Source: a virus
Taxonomy: Duplodnaviria; Heunggongvirae; Uroviricota; Caudoviricetes
IMG/VR virus record: IMGVR_UViG_2778261421_000003
Span: 1-37,073 of that record
DNA: 37,073 nucleotides
Reading direction: 5' to 3' (one strand)
Shown here: one piece after another, positions 1 through 8,975 of the stretch
Layout: each line of letters begins with the position of its first letter
Position numbering within the stretch: the first letter of the stretch is position 1
Position numbers and translations under genes: made by a program
Notes under the pieces: generated by a model
Database searches by the model: none
Seen by the model: only the letters and a program-made list of their open reading frames with translations
What the model was told of the DNA's origin: nothing

Positions 1-141
1 TTACTGCTTACACTGTAAGAACGCCGCAAACTCCGCTCCCCAGAAGCTCATCCGTATTTCGCACAGTGAACCGTGCAGCATCCAGATGATGAGGATTGCC
101 GTCACGCAGAACGTGATGGCCGTAAGCGATTTTTGCGACAT
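1..141 (-). CDS. Hok/Gef-family type I toxin-like small membrane peptide (46 aa)
   Basis: Minus-strand ATG at 139-141 and TAA at 1-3. Translation MSQKSLTAITFCVTAILIIWMLHGSLCEIRMSFWGAEFAAFLQCKQ has one hydrophobic helix followed by the SLCE(I/L) ... E(F/L)AAFL.CK signature I recall from HokA/Hok/Gef peptides. Too short for the supplied ORF track. Confidence 0.5.
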   Translation of the reverse strand: MSQKSLTAITFCVTAILIIWMLHGSLCEIRMSFWGAEFAAFLQCKQ

Positions 142-271
142 AGCACTTGCTCCTTTTCCGGAGAGGCGCTAACCTTTCACTTGTCAAGGTAATGCGGTTA
201 GGGCCTCGGTTAAACAGAGATGTTTTCCGGGGCCTTTCCACATCTGGCCTTCGGGTATTCCCTCCGACCAT
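8..271 (-). other. Overlapping mok-like reading frame upstream of and across the hok-like ORF (possible translational-coupling frame)
   Basis: An 87-aa ORF in a different frame covers the hok-like ORF, as mok does in hok/sok loci. No independent protein signature, so it may be a chance ORF. Confidence 0.2.
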
Positions 272-331
272 CAGCCGAAAGGCACCCGCGCGTAATCTAT
301 CGCTTTTTTGTTAATCCGGCAATTCTGCCTG

Positions 332-592
332 TTAGTTCTGAGGTAAAGGCAAACTCATCTGATTGTTTCCCCTGTGTGAAGCTGGCAGCTCATGCCACGG
401 GATACCTTCTGAAGAGTGAACGGCGGAGGCGTGTTTTGATGTGAATTTATGGAAGGCTTCCAGTGTTGAGAAGCATACGCCGCATTCCAGGTTGTTACAC
501 TGGTAATACTTTTGCCGCACGGTGTTTGAATCATTTTCCGGACGACTTGTGCGGATACGGGCAGATGCGCCACAAAGCGGACAACGGAACAT
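332..592 (-). CDS. ogr: Ogr-type zinc-finger late transcription activator
   Basis: The 86-aa product starts MFRCPLCGASARIRTSR and has a CxxC...CxxxxC cysteine pattern like P2 Ogr. It lies downstream of D on the same strand, as in P2. Confidence 0.8.
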   Translation of the reverse strand: MFRCPLCGASARIRTSRPENDSNTVRQKYYQCNNLECGVCFSTLEAFHKFTSKHASAVHSSEGIPWHELPASHRGNNQMSLPLPQN

Positions 593-749
593 AGAGACCT
601 CCCTTAACGTGGTGCTTCTGTTATTTTAAGTTCTACTAGCTCCGATTCCAACTGACTAAACCGCTTTGAGTTGAGGGGCTGACATTCTTATTATTCGCTT
701 ATCAAAGAATAGCTAGTCAAACCTGATACATTAAAATCAGCACGTTATT

Positions 750-778
750 TTGATTGTGTGATATCATAACATTATGTT
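750..778 (+). promoter_or_regulatory. Candidate sigma70 promoter for the AT-rich cargo gene
   Basis: TTGATT (750-755), 17-nt spacer, TATGTT (773-778), then GAGG about 7 nt before the ATG at 825. Based on hexamer resemblance only. Confidence 0.3.
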
Positions 779-824
779 ATTAATGCGTTAAATTGGGATA
801 TCTAATTCAGATTGTGAGGTATTT

Positions 825-1994
825 ATGGGAAAGAATAGTCAACGTAGGCGAGATAATAAAATTAAGCGAGAAAATGAGAAAAAAAGAAACTTAGCGGCAA
901 AGATAAATAAAATGTTGTATATAAAGCCTGATATATTTTTTGATGAATCAGGTAATACTGGCGGAAATTTACTCGATCCATTGCAACCTGTTTTTACCTT
1001 AAGTTCAAGTAGTATTAGTAAACAGGATGCGCTTAAGGCATTAGAACTAACCGGAAGCAAGTCTCCAACAGAAGCCCACTTTAAAACTCTTAGACGTAGA
1101 AAATCTGGTCAGGATGGCATCATTAGGCTTCTTGAAAGCAAATATGTCAATGAAGAGAATGTTAAAATATACTTGGTCGATAAAAAATACATGCTAACAG
1201 CAAAGATTGTTGATATTTTGATCGAGACGTGGTGCTCTAATAGAGGAATAGATCTTTATATAAATGGACAGAATCTAGCTCTGTCTAATGTTTACTATTT
1301 CTGTTTCCCTGCTTTCTGTGGGGAGGAAAAAACAGAGGTAATGTATCAGTGTTTTATGAATATGATCAGAAGCCAATCGACTGAGTCAATTGATGAATTT
1401 TACAGGGTAATTGATGAGTTAAAGATATGCTCAAGTGATAAGATATTCACAGATATAATAAACAGAATTAGTATTACCAGAAGCGATATTGATGATATAT
1501 TGGAAGGTGTTGAGAAAAGCACATTAGATCCATCTATACCAAGCCTCTTTAGACACTGTGTAGAATGGGGTAAATTATACCCTAATGGTTTTTATATTAA
1601 GCATGACGATTCCAAAGCTATTACAGAGAAGAAAGATATTTTTGATAAATTTATGGATATATCAAAAATTACGGAGGCATATGGTTATGATCGAAGAAAA
1701 TTTGAATTGCCAATTAAAGCTCGTTCTTTGACATTCCATTCATCACAAGAGTATCCTCAATTACAAATTGTAGATATAGTAGCAAGTGCGGCTGCTTATT
1801 ATGTTAACTGTCTAAAAAGAAATGACTTAGAAGATTATCTCTTTAAAGAACTTCAAAGAATAAAAATAGATAACTATTTTAAAAATATGGCCATTTGGCC
1901 TACAACATATGTTACACCTCAAGAATTAGGCACAATTTATACTGGTGGGCGAAACCCTGCAGATGGAGTCGCTGATTATCTTTCTCAATATTAG
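825..1994 (+). CDS. Hypothetical 389-aa protein with DUF3800-like motifs; candidate accessory or anti-phage defence protein
   Basis: Long ORF in a markedly AT-rich island between ogr and D, on the opposite strand to both. Near the N-terminus is YIKPDIFFDESGNTG, and near the C-terminus LQIVDIVASAAAYY, which match my recollection of the DUF3800 family motifs. Has its own promoter-like hexamers and RBS, and a downstream hairpin. Confidence 0.6.
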   Translation: MGKNSQRRRDNKIKRENEKKRNLAAKINKMLYIKPDIFFDESGNTGGNLLDPLQPVFTLSSSSISKQDALKALELTGSKSPTEAHFKTLRRRKSGQDGIIRLLESKYVNEENVKIYLVDKKYMLTAKIVDILIETWCSNRGIDLYINGQNLALSNVYYFCFPAFCGEEKTEVMYQCFMNMIRSQSTESIDEFYRVIDELKICSSDKIFTDIINRISITRSDIDDILEGVEKSTLDPSIPSLFRHCVEWGKLYPNGFYIKHDDSKAITEKKDIFDKFMDISKITEAYGYDRRKFELPIKARSLTFHSSQEYPQLQIVDIVASAAAYYVNCLKRNDLEDYLFKELQRIKIDNYFKNMAIWPTTYVTPQELGTIYTGGRNPADGVADYLSQY

Positions 1995-2016
1995 TAACTG
2001 GAGTTTTAATTAATAT

Positions 2017-2038
2017 GGCCGCGTTAGCGGCCTTTCTA
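2017..2038. terminator. Hairpin between the convergent cargo gene and gene D
   Basis: GGCCGC-gtta-GCGGCC stem-loop followed by TTTCT on the plus strand and an AT-rich run on the minus strand; sits between two convergent stop codons. Confidence 0.45.
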
Positions 2039-2085
2039 ACTATGTTTATTGCTAGTACATATCTGAACTAATACATTTAAGACAT

Positions 2086-3195
2086 TCACGCTGTTTCTGC
2101 TATCCATTCCGGGATTTTTGCCTCAAGCTCAAGCTGCGTGGTAAAGCCGCTGTTATCAATAGTGTGCTCGGCTTTTGCAATGATCCAGTCCTGATTATCA
2201 ATCTCGCTTTTAAATCCTGTTACCGTACCATGCATTTCGGGGTAGAGTTCTGCACGTCCACGCGCCAGCGTGATGGAGAATGATGCGGCTCCGCGTTGTA
2301 GCTGCTGCCACTTTGCCGCCGCTGCGCGTCTTGCTGCCTGCTCGTTCTGATAGGTCTTGCGTAACACAAACACATTGCCTTCCGCGCCTTCCATATAATC
2401 ACCTTCACGGCTGCTGCTTTTCTCCTTTTTGGGTTTTGGCGGTTTGCGGCGTTTCACGCTGACTTTTTTCTTTTTCCCGTAATTAAGATCAAGCCAGTAA
2501 GCGCGTACCCCCGTATACGCTTCGCGGTCAGCAATGCGGAACTGATGGCGATCGCCACTGCTGCGCGTGATGGCGAACGAGGGCAACGGCTGGCCCTGTG
2601 CGTTCACGCCACCGCCTGGCATGATGAATAACAGATTACCGCTTTTTACCGTAGTGATTGCGCCCAGCATTTCTGCCATGCGCGTAAGGAAGGACATGTC
2701 GCTTTCTTCGGTCTGGTCAGCGTGGTCGATTTCAATATCCATCAGCATTTCGCTGATTTGTGGTTTCAGACCGTACCGATGAGCGATGGCGGATACCACG
2801 CGCTCAACGGTCACATCATGCCAGGACACCTCACGTTTAACGTTAAATTCATCCCGAAAATCTGCGCTTCTGGCTGAAACCGTCAGCCTGTCCGGCGGTC
2901 CTTCGTGAGCGATTTCATCAACAATGTAAGTGCCTTTTTCTGTCAGCGGTTCTCCTTTCCAGCCAATGAGAACCGTCAGGCGCGCGCCCCGTGGCGGTAG
3001 CAGCAACTGACCATCCGCATCATCCAGCGTGATGGTGAGCTGGTCCGCCTCAAATCCCCGGTTGTCGGTCAGTGACAGGCTCATCAGGCACTCTGCCACG
3101 CCTGACAGCGTTTTACCCTCCGCGAGAATATCAAAATCCGGCATTTTCACGGGGTCTGTGCCCTGACTGAGCAATTGCATGGTGGTGTCGGTCAT
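2086..3195 (-). CDS. D: P2 gpD-like tail protein
   Basis: The listed ORF runs to 3327, but the likely start is the ATG at 3193-3195 (MTDTTMQLLSQG), preceded by GGAGGGAG. Size of about 369 aa and position next to ogr match P2 D. Confidence 0.8.
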   Translation of the reverse strand: MTDTTMQLLSQGTDPVKMPDFDILAEGKTLSGVAECLMSLSLTDNRGFEADQLTITLDDADGQLLLPPRGARLTVLIGWKGEPLTEKGTYIVDEIAHEGPPDRLTVSARSADFRDEFNVKREVSWHDVTVERVVSAIAHRYGLKPQISEMLMDIEIDHADQTEESDMSFLTRMAEMLGAITTVKSGNLLFIMPGGGVNAQGQPLPSFAITRSSGDRHQFRIADREAYTGVRAYWLDLNYGKKKKVSVKRRKPPKPKKEKSSSREGDYMEGAEGNVFVLRKTYQNEQAARRAAAAKWQQLQRGAASFSITLARGRAELYPEMHGTVTGFKSEIDNQDWIIAKAEHTIDNSGFTTQLELEAKIPEWIAETA

Positions 3196-3352
3196 CTGCT
3201 CCCTCCCTGTGCGGCATGGTCGCATGTGCGTGCGGAGGGGGTTACTGCTTTTTGTTGTCGCCGTGGCGGGAGAACGGCGCAGGGGTGAGATTACGCGCGT
3301 GGTGGGTGATGATTGTTGCCGAATCATTTAACGGATACAAGGGGCTGAAGCT

Positions 3353-4537
3353 ATGAGTGAAACTCGTTTTCATGGTGCCCGTGTTACGGAAAGTACCGAC
3401 CTGGTAACAGCGATTAATGATGTTGATTCCAGCGTTATCGGTATCGTGGCAACGGCGGATGATGCGGACGCGAAGCTGTTCCCGCTGAACAAGCCCACAC
3501 TGCTGACCCGCGTCAATGACGTGCTGGGAAAATGCGGGACAACGGGGACGCTTTATCGTGCGCTTAAGGCCATCGCAGACCAGGTGAGCACAAAGGTGAT
3601 CGTCGTTCGCGTGGCTGAACACAAAGAAGAAAACGGAAAGACGCAGGATCAACTGGTTATCGGTGGTTCTGAATCTGACGGCAGCTATACGGGGATGTAT
3701 GCGCTGCTTGTTGCAGAGCAGGATGAAAGCATCGGATACCGTCCGCGTATTCTGGCCGCGCCGGAGCTGGACACGGAGGCGGTGACAAAATCCCTGTGCG
3801 TGATTGCGGGTAAACTGCGCGCGTTTGTGTATGCCGCATGTCATGGTTGTAACACGATGGCTGAGGCGATTACCTACCGCCAGAAATTCAACGAACGTGA
3901 GGTGATGCTCTTATGGCCTGACTTCATCGCCTACAACCCGAAAAGTGGCAAAAACGAAACGTTCCCCGCGCCTGCTTATGCGTGCGGCCTTCGTGCGTAC
4001 ATTGACCATGAGCAGGGCTGGCACAAATCGCTGTCCAACGTTCCGGTTAAAAATGTGCTGGGGATGTCGAGGCATGTGTTCTGGTCGTTACAGGCCGAAG
4101 ACAGTGATGCCAACAGCCTCAACAACAAAGAAATCACGACCATTATTCGTCGTAACGGGTTCCGCTTCTGGGGCAACCGCACACCGGAAACGAACGCCTA
4201 CATCTTTGAGGTGTATACCCGAACCGCACAGGTGCTGGCTGATTCAATTGCGGAAGCGCAGTTTGAAACCATCGACAGTCCACTGACGCCTGCGAACGTG
4301 AAGGATGTTATCAGTGCCATCAGGGCAAAACTGGATTCACTGGTTACTGCCGGGAAACTGATTGGCGCGGAGTGCTGGTATGACATCGTGGATAACAGCA
4401 CCACGAATTTACGTCAGGGGCGTGTGCGTATTCGCTACAAATATACGCCCGTTCCGCCGCTGGAAGACATGGAGCTTTACCAGTCGTTTACTGATGAATT
4501 CTTTGGTCCCGCATTTGCGGTGCTGGGAGGTGCCTGA
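3353..4537 (+). CDS. FI: Contractile tail sheath protein (gpFI)
   Basis: 394 aa; the N-terminal region (VTAINDVDSSVIGIVATADDADAKLFPLNKPTLL) resembles P2 FI sheath. Immediately followed by the tube gene. Confidence 0.85.
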   Translation: MSETRFHGARVTESTDLVTAINDVDSSVIGIVATADDADAKLFPLNKPTLLTRVNDVLGKCGTTGTLYRALKAIADQVSTKVIVVRVAEHKEENGKTQDQLVIGGSESDGSYTGMYALLVAEQDESIGYRPRILAAPELDTEAVTKSLCVIAGKLRAFVYAACHGCNTMAEAITYRQKFNEREVMLLWPDFIAYNPKSGKNETFPAPAYACGLRAYIDHEQGWHKSLSNVPVKNVLGMSRHVFWSLQAEDSDANSLNNKEITTIIRRNGFRFWGNRTPETNAYIFEVYTRTAQVLADSIAEAQFETIDSPLTPANVKDVISAIRAKLDSLVTAGKLIGAECWYDIVDNSTTNLRQGRVRIRYKYTPVPPLEDMELYQSFTDEFFGPAFAVLGGA

Positions 4538-5049
4538 TGGCTGTACCAAAACATCTTCGCTTTTTTACGCTGTTTGTGGATGGTGAAAACGAAGTGGGTA
4601 AGGTGACGTCCGTCACGCCGCCCAAACTGACGCGCAAAACCGACAGCTATCGTGGTGGTGGCATGATGGGGGCGGTAAGTATTGATCTCGGTCTGGACGA
4701 CTCCGCGCTTGATGCGAGTTTTGTTATGGGGGGAGCTGTTCGTGCGCTGTTCCTTAAATATGGCGGCACGATTGACGGCACGCTGCTGCGTTTTGCGGGT
4801 GAATACTACACCGATGCAGAAAGCGATCTGTATGAAATCGAGATGCGCGGGCGTGTGACGGAAATTGATATGGGGGAGGCCAAACAGGGCGAAGCCACAT
4901 CACACACTTACGCTGTCAAAAACACCTACTACAAGCTGAGCGTTAACGATCGCCCGCTGTGGGAAATCGACCTGTTGAACCACATCTACCGGAAGGACGG
5001 CAAGGACATTGTGCCTGACCGCATTCGTTCCGCGCTTGGGCTTGGCTGA
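4537..5049 (+). CDS. FII: Tail tube protein (gpFII)
   Basis: 170 aa, start overlaps the FI stop. Size and position match P2 FII. Confidence 0.8.
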   Translation: MAVPKHLRFFTLFVDGENEVGKVTSVTPPKLTRKTDSYRGGGMMGAVSIDLGLDDSALDASFVMGGAVRALFLKYGGTIDGTLLRFAGEYYTDAESDLYEIEMRGRVTEIDMGEAKQGEATSHTYAVKNTYYKLSVNDRPLWEIDLLNHIYRKDGKDIVPDRIRSALGLG

Positions 5050-5104
5050 TAAGTAATATGCAGGCGGCGCAGTGCGTCGCCTCTGACTGAAAAGGAGACA
5101 ACTG

Positions 5105-5479
5105 ATGAAAGATATCGATACTGAAACCCGGAATAACACCGTAGCGGATGATGTGACGGCAGGTGAGGATATGGCTGTCGAACGTGGTGTAAAACTTTCC
5201 CGGCCAATTGAGCGTGGTGGCGAAAAAATCACATATGTGGAGATCACCGGGGCTATTGAGCAGGCGGGATCCCTGCGTGGTCTGTCGCTGTCTGATGTGC
5301 TGAATCTGAAAGCGGATACCATGTTCACGCTGTTGCCTCGCGTGACCTCGCCACGACTGGATGAAGTGATGATTAAAAAAATGTCGTCACGCGATTTTAT
5401 TCAGTTGTGCGCTGTGGCTGTAAATTTTATGAGCGAGCCAGACTCTGGCGCGAAGAGCGTGCAGGAGACGGCAGCGTAA
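5105..5479 (+). CDS. E: Tail assembly chaperone gpE
   Basis: 124-aa ORF between the tube and tape-measure genes, the position of P2 gene E. Confidence 0.7.
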   Translation: MKDIDTETRNNTVADDVTAGEDMAVERGVKLSRPIERGGEKITYVEITGAIEQAGSLRGLSLSDVLNLKADTMFTLLPRVTSPRLDEVMIKKMSSRDFIQLCAVAVNFMSEPDSGAKSVQETAA

Positions 5480-5643
5480 TCACCCTGGTGTGCTTTGAGC
5501 ACATCGAAGATCTGGTGGCGGATATTGCCGCCATTTTTAACTGGTCGCCCGCCGAAATCTTCATGATGACGCCCGGCGAAGTGGTTAGCTGGCGCGAGCG
5601 GGCGGCACTTCGCAGCGGGAATGCAGACAATGAAGACTCTTGA
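5105..5643 (+). CDS. Tail assembly chaperone E+E' made by a programmed -1 frameshift
   Basis: The -1 frame is open from 5377 to 5643 and overlaps the end of E. The heptamer A_AAT_TTT at 5422-5428 fits the X_XXY_YYZ slippery pattern in the E frame. P2 is known to make E+E' this way. Confidence 0.45.
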
Positions 5644-8437
5644 TATCCGGGTCGCTTTCAGCGCCGTTGACAGGCTGACCCGGCCTGCCGAAAACGCCCG
5701 CCGCCTGATGGGGCAGTTTGGTGACTCCATCCAGCGAACGCAGGGGGCGATCAAAAATCTCGAGCGTCAGGCGCGTTCATTTGAGCGCGCCCGTGACGCT
5801 GTCAGTAAAGCGGATGCGGGCATCGTGAAAGCACGACGCCAGCTTAACGCCCTTAATCAGTTACAACGCACGGGTACAGTGCTCAGCGAAAAACAACAAA
5901 AGCTGATGCAGCAGTTAAGCACCCGGCTTGAACGCCTGAATGAATCGCGCACACGGGAAATTCAGAAAATGCGGGAACTTGGCGGAGAGCTGAAACGCCA
6001 CGGCATTTCCCTGACAGGCAGCGATAACACCATCCAGCAGGCCATCAGACGCACCGAACAGTACAACAACCAGCTTGAACGCGAACGGCAGGCGCTTGCG
6101 CGTGTAACGCGGGCGCGTGAGCGGTATTCGCGCGCGCAGGAAACCGCGGGAAAACTGAAAACAGGTGGTGCGCTGACAATTGGTGCGGCAGCGGCTGGCG
6201 GCTATGCTGCCGGGCGTTTTTTGCAGCCTGCGATCGGGTTCGGGAAAGAGATGTCCCGCGTTCAGGCACTGACGCGAATCGACAAAAACAGCCCGCAGTT
6301 TAAGGCGCTGCGTGAGCAGGCGTTAAAACTTGGCTCTGAAACACAGTTTACTGCGAGTGATGCCGCCAGTGGACAGAGCTTTCTGGCAATGGCTGGTTTT
6401 ACTCCGCAGGCCATTCAGGCCGCATTGCCCGGTGTTCTTAATATGGCGCTGGCAGGTGGCGTCGAACTCGGCGAGACGGCGGATATAGGCTCCAATATCC
6501 TCACACAGTTCAACCTGACAGCCGATCAAATGGACCGGGTTGGCGATACGCTGACAGCGGCATTCACCCGGACCAATACTGATTTACGCGCGCTGGGCGA
6601 AACCATGAAGTATACCGGTCCGGTTGCCGCAAAACTTGGTATCAGTCTTGAAGAAGCGGCAGCCATGGCCGGGATGCTTGCCAATAATGGTCTTCGCGGA
6701 AGCGATGCTGGTACGGCCATGCGCGCAAGTCTGTCCCGCCTTGCATCACCGCCAAAAGCTGCGGCTGATGCACTGAAAGAGCTGGGGGTGTCAGTTGCTG
6801 ACGCCAGAGGCAAAATGCGCCCGATGGAGGATGTGCTGCTTGATCTCTATAAGGCGACACAAAAATACGGACAGGTGGACCAGGTCTCCTTCTTCAAGGA
6901 CATCGCCGGAGAAGAGGCGTTCGTTGGTTTGCAGACGCTTGTTGCGGCGGCTGGTTCAGGAGAGCTGCAAAAACTGACCAGAGAATTGCAGGGGGCAAGG
7001 GGAGAGTCCGATCGCGTTGCAAAAGTAATGGCCGATAATCTTGATGGGGACCTGAAAAATCTCGACAGCGCATGGGAAGGTCTTCGTATTCGCATCAGTG
7101 ATCTGGTTGACGGTCCGCTGCGTTCTGTCACGCAGTGGCTCACGCGGGTGCTTGAAAAAGTCACCTCGCTGGCGCAGGCCCATCCGGTACTGACGCGCCA
7201 GCTACTGATAGCAGGCGGTGCGTTGCTGGCAATGACTGCAACGATTGGCTCGTTGTCGCTGGTTATTGGGGTGCTTTACGGGAAGCTGGCCACCCTGCGT
7301 CTTGGTTTTGACATTCTTACCCGGTCAATGAATGTCGTCAGGGTGTTGCCTGCGCTGTGGGGAATGGTGACGGGTTCCGTTTCTTTGCTGGGAGGCGCTA
7401 TCGGGGCGCTGTTCAGTCCGGTCGGATTGATTGCTGCTGCGTTTGTGGCTGCGGCGGTTCTCATCTGGAAATACTGGGAACCCATTAAGGCGTTTTATGC
7501 CGGGGTGTTCAACGGGATTATGGAAAGGCTGAACCCGTTGCGCGAAACCTTTGAACGGTTTGGTCCTGTTTTTGACGCAATCGGAAGCGGGATCAGCCAG
7601 GTGTTTAACTGGTTTAAATCGCTGCTGTCACCGATGGAATCCAGCAAGGAAACGCTGGATAAATGTACCAGTGCTGGCGAGATATTCGGTAACGTTCTTG
7701 GCGGTGCGTTACAACTTGTTCTGACGCCTGCAAAAATGTTGCTGGATACGCTGGCGTGGATACTTGAAAAACTTGGCGTCCTTCCGGATGAAGCGGAAAG
7801 GGCGCGCAAGAAAATCGAAGACGCACAGCGTGCGGCCATTCTTCAGGACAAGGTTGCCTTACTTCAGGGGGACCTGGCGAAAATCAATCCGCCGAAGCCT
7901 GTGGAAAATGGCAATGGCACCGGAGGTGATAAACCCAAAGACAACAAACCGCTCACAGACAGCAATACCGGGACGCTGCGCAGACTCAGCAAAATTGCTG
8001 ATAACACAGGTAAGCTGGTTGATGAGACGAAAAAACGCATTGGCCCCGGCGATATTGTCTTTAAGAACCTGCCCCGCGCACTTGCTGTTCGTGGGGAGTG
8101 GCAGGAGCGGAAGATTGCGCAGGTCAGTAAGCCTGCCCCCGCAATTAATATCACACCCGTGGTTCCGGCTCCGCTGCCTCCGGCGCTGGTCCCTGTTGTT
8201 GCGGCCAGCTCCCGCCCGGTGGCGGAGGCCATACGATCGCCAGTGGCATCAGTTCCTGCAACTTCCCGTAACCGGGAGCCTGTTGCCTCCGGATTTGGCG
8301 GTGAAATTCATGTTCATCTGCATAACATTGTTACACAGAATCCCCGCGAACTGGCGAAACTGGTCGGTGAAATGGTTAGGGCAGAAATGGAACGGCGCGC
8401 CCGTGCCGGGCGTGGCAGTTTTTACGATAAAGATTGA
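5621..8437 (+). CDS. T: Tail tape measure protein (gpT)
   Basis: 938 aa with a coiled-coil-rich N-terminal half, Gly/Ala-rich hydrophobic segments and central transmembrane-like stretches. Sits between E/E' and U. Confidence 0.85.
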   Translation: MQTMKTLDIRVAFSAVDRLTRPAENARRLMGQFGDSIQRTQGAIKNLERQARSFERARDAVSKADAGIVKARRQLNALNQLQRTGTVLSEKQQKLMQQLSTRLERLNESRTREIQKMRELGGELKRHGISLTGSDNTIQQAIRRTEQYNNQLERERQALARVTRARERYSRAQETAGKLKTGGALTIGAAAAGGYAAGRFLQPAIGFGKEMSRVQALTRIDKNSPQFKALREQALKLGSETQFTASDAASGQSFLAMAGFTPQAIQAALPGVLNMALAGGVELGETADIGSNILTQFNLTADQMDRVGDTLTAAFTRTNTDLRALGETMKYTGPVAAKLGISLEEAAAMAGMLANNGLRGSDAGTAMRASLSRLASPPKAAADALKELGVSVADARGKMRPMEDVLLDLYKATQKYGQVDQVSFFKDIAGEEAFVGLQTLVAAAGSGELQKLTRELQGARGESDRVAKVMADNLDGDLKNLDSAWEGLRIRISDLVDGPLRSVTQWLTRVLEKVTSLAQAHPVLTRQLLIAGGALLAMTATIGSLSLVIGVLYGKLATLRLGFDILTRSMNVVRVLPALWGMVTGSVSLLGGAIGALFSPVGLIAAAFVAAAVLIWKYWEPIKAFYAGVFNGIMERLNPLRETFERFGPVFDAIGSGISQVFNWFKSLLSPMESSKETLDKCTSAGEIFGNVLGGALQLVLTPAKMLLDTLAWILEKLGVLPDEAERARKKIEDAQRAAILQDKVALLQGDLAKINPPKPVENGNGTGGDKPKDNKPLTDSNTGTLRRLSKIADNTGKLVDETKKRIGPGDIVFKNLPRALAVRGEWQERKIAQVSKPAPAINITPVVPAPLPPALVPVVAASSRPVAEAIRSPVASVPATSRNREPVASGFGGEIHVHLHNIVTQNPRELAKLVGEMVRAEMERRARAGRGSFYDKD

Positions 8438-8443
8438 GGAGTC

Positions 8444-8938
8444 ATGGCCATGATGATGATCTACGGCATGTTTGTTTTTGAGCTGCGCACGCTGCCGCAT
8501 CAGCAGTTACAGCAAAACAAAAGCTGGCGGCATGTGAAAAATGAACGCGTTAACCGTTCAGCAGGCTGGCAGTATATCGGCGCAGGTGATGATCGCATTG
8601 TGCTTTCCGGCGTGCTTTATCCTGAAATTACAGGTGGCGAAGTGTCGCTTTCGTTGCTGACCACGCAGGCATATACAGGACGCCCCTGGCCTCTGATTGA
8701 TGGTGTCGGGCAGATTTACGGCATGTATGTACTGACTGAAACGAATACGACCCGTTCCGAGTTTGATCGCTATGGTAAGGCGAAAAAGATAGAATTTTCA
8801 CTGACTCTTGAACGCTGTGATGAGGATTTGCGGGAGCGCCTGCAATCCTCATCGTTCAGCGATATGCTGTCCGGCTTCAAAGATAAAGTGACATCATCTC
8901 TTAACAGCGCGGCCAGCTCCGTTAAAGGGCTGTTTTGA
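8444..8938 (+). CDS. U: Tail protein gpU
   Basis: 164 aa directly after the tape measure gene; size and position match P2 U. Confidence 0.75.
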   Translation: MAMMMIYGMFVFELRTLPHQQLQQNKSWRHVKNERVNRSAGWQYIGAGDDRIVLSGVLYPEITGGEVSLSLLTTQAYTGRPWPLIDGVGQIYGMYVLTETNTTRSEFDRYGKAKKIEFSLTLERCDEDLRERLQSSSFSDMLSGFKDKVTSSLNSAASSVKGLF

Positions 8939-8945
8939 TTAACGC

Positions 8946-8975
8946 AAAACCGCTAATGGTCAGATTAGCGGTTTT
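8946..8975. terminator. Palindromic hairpin shared by the convergent U and invertase genes
   Basis: Perfect 12-bp stem AAAACCGCTAAT / ATTAGCGGTTTT with a 6-nt loop, followed by TTTTCATTTTCC. The invertase stop codon lies inside the stem. Confidence 0.5.

Noticed and set aside
2086-3327. 413-aa version of the D ORF
   Set aside because: The N-terminal 44 codons are an Arg/Pro/Thr-rich extension; the ATG at 3193-3195 with a GGAGGGAG RBS gives a P2 D-sized protein.
3657-4404. Several 60-113-aa ORFs overlapping the sheath gene FI on both strands
   Set aside because: They are embedded in or antisense to a well-supported structural gene and are typical spurious ORFs in GC-rich sequence.
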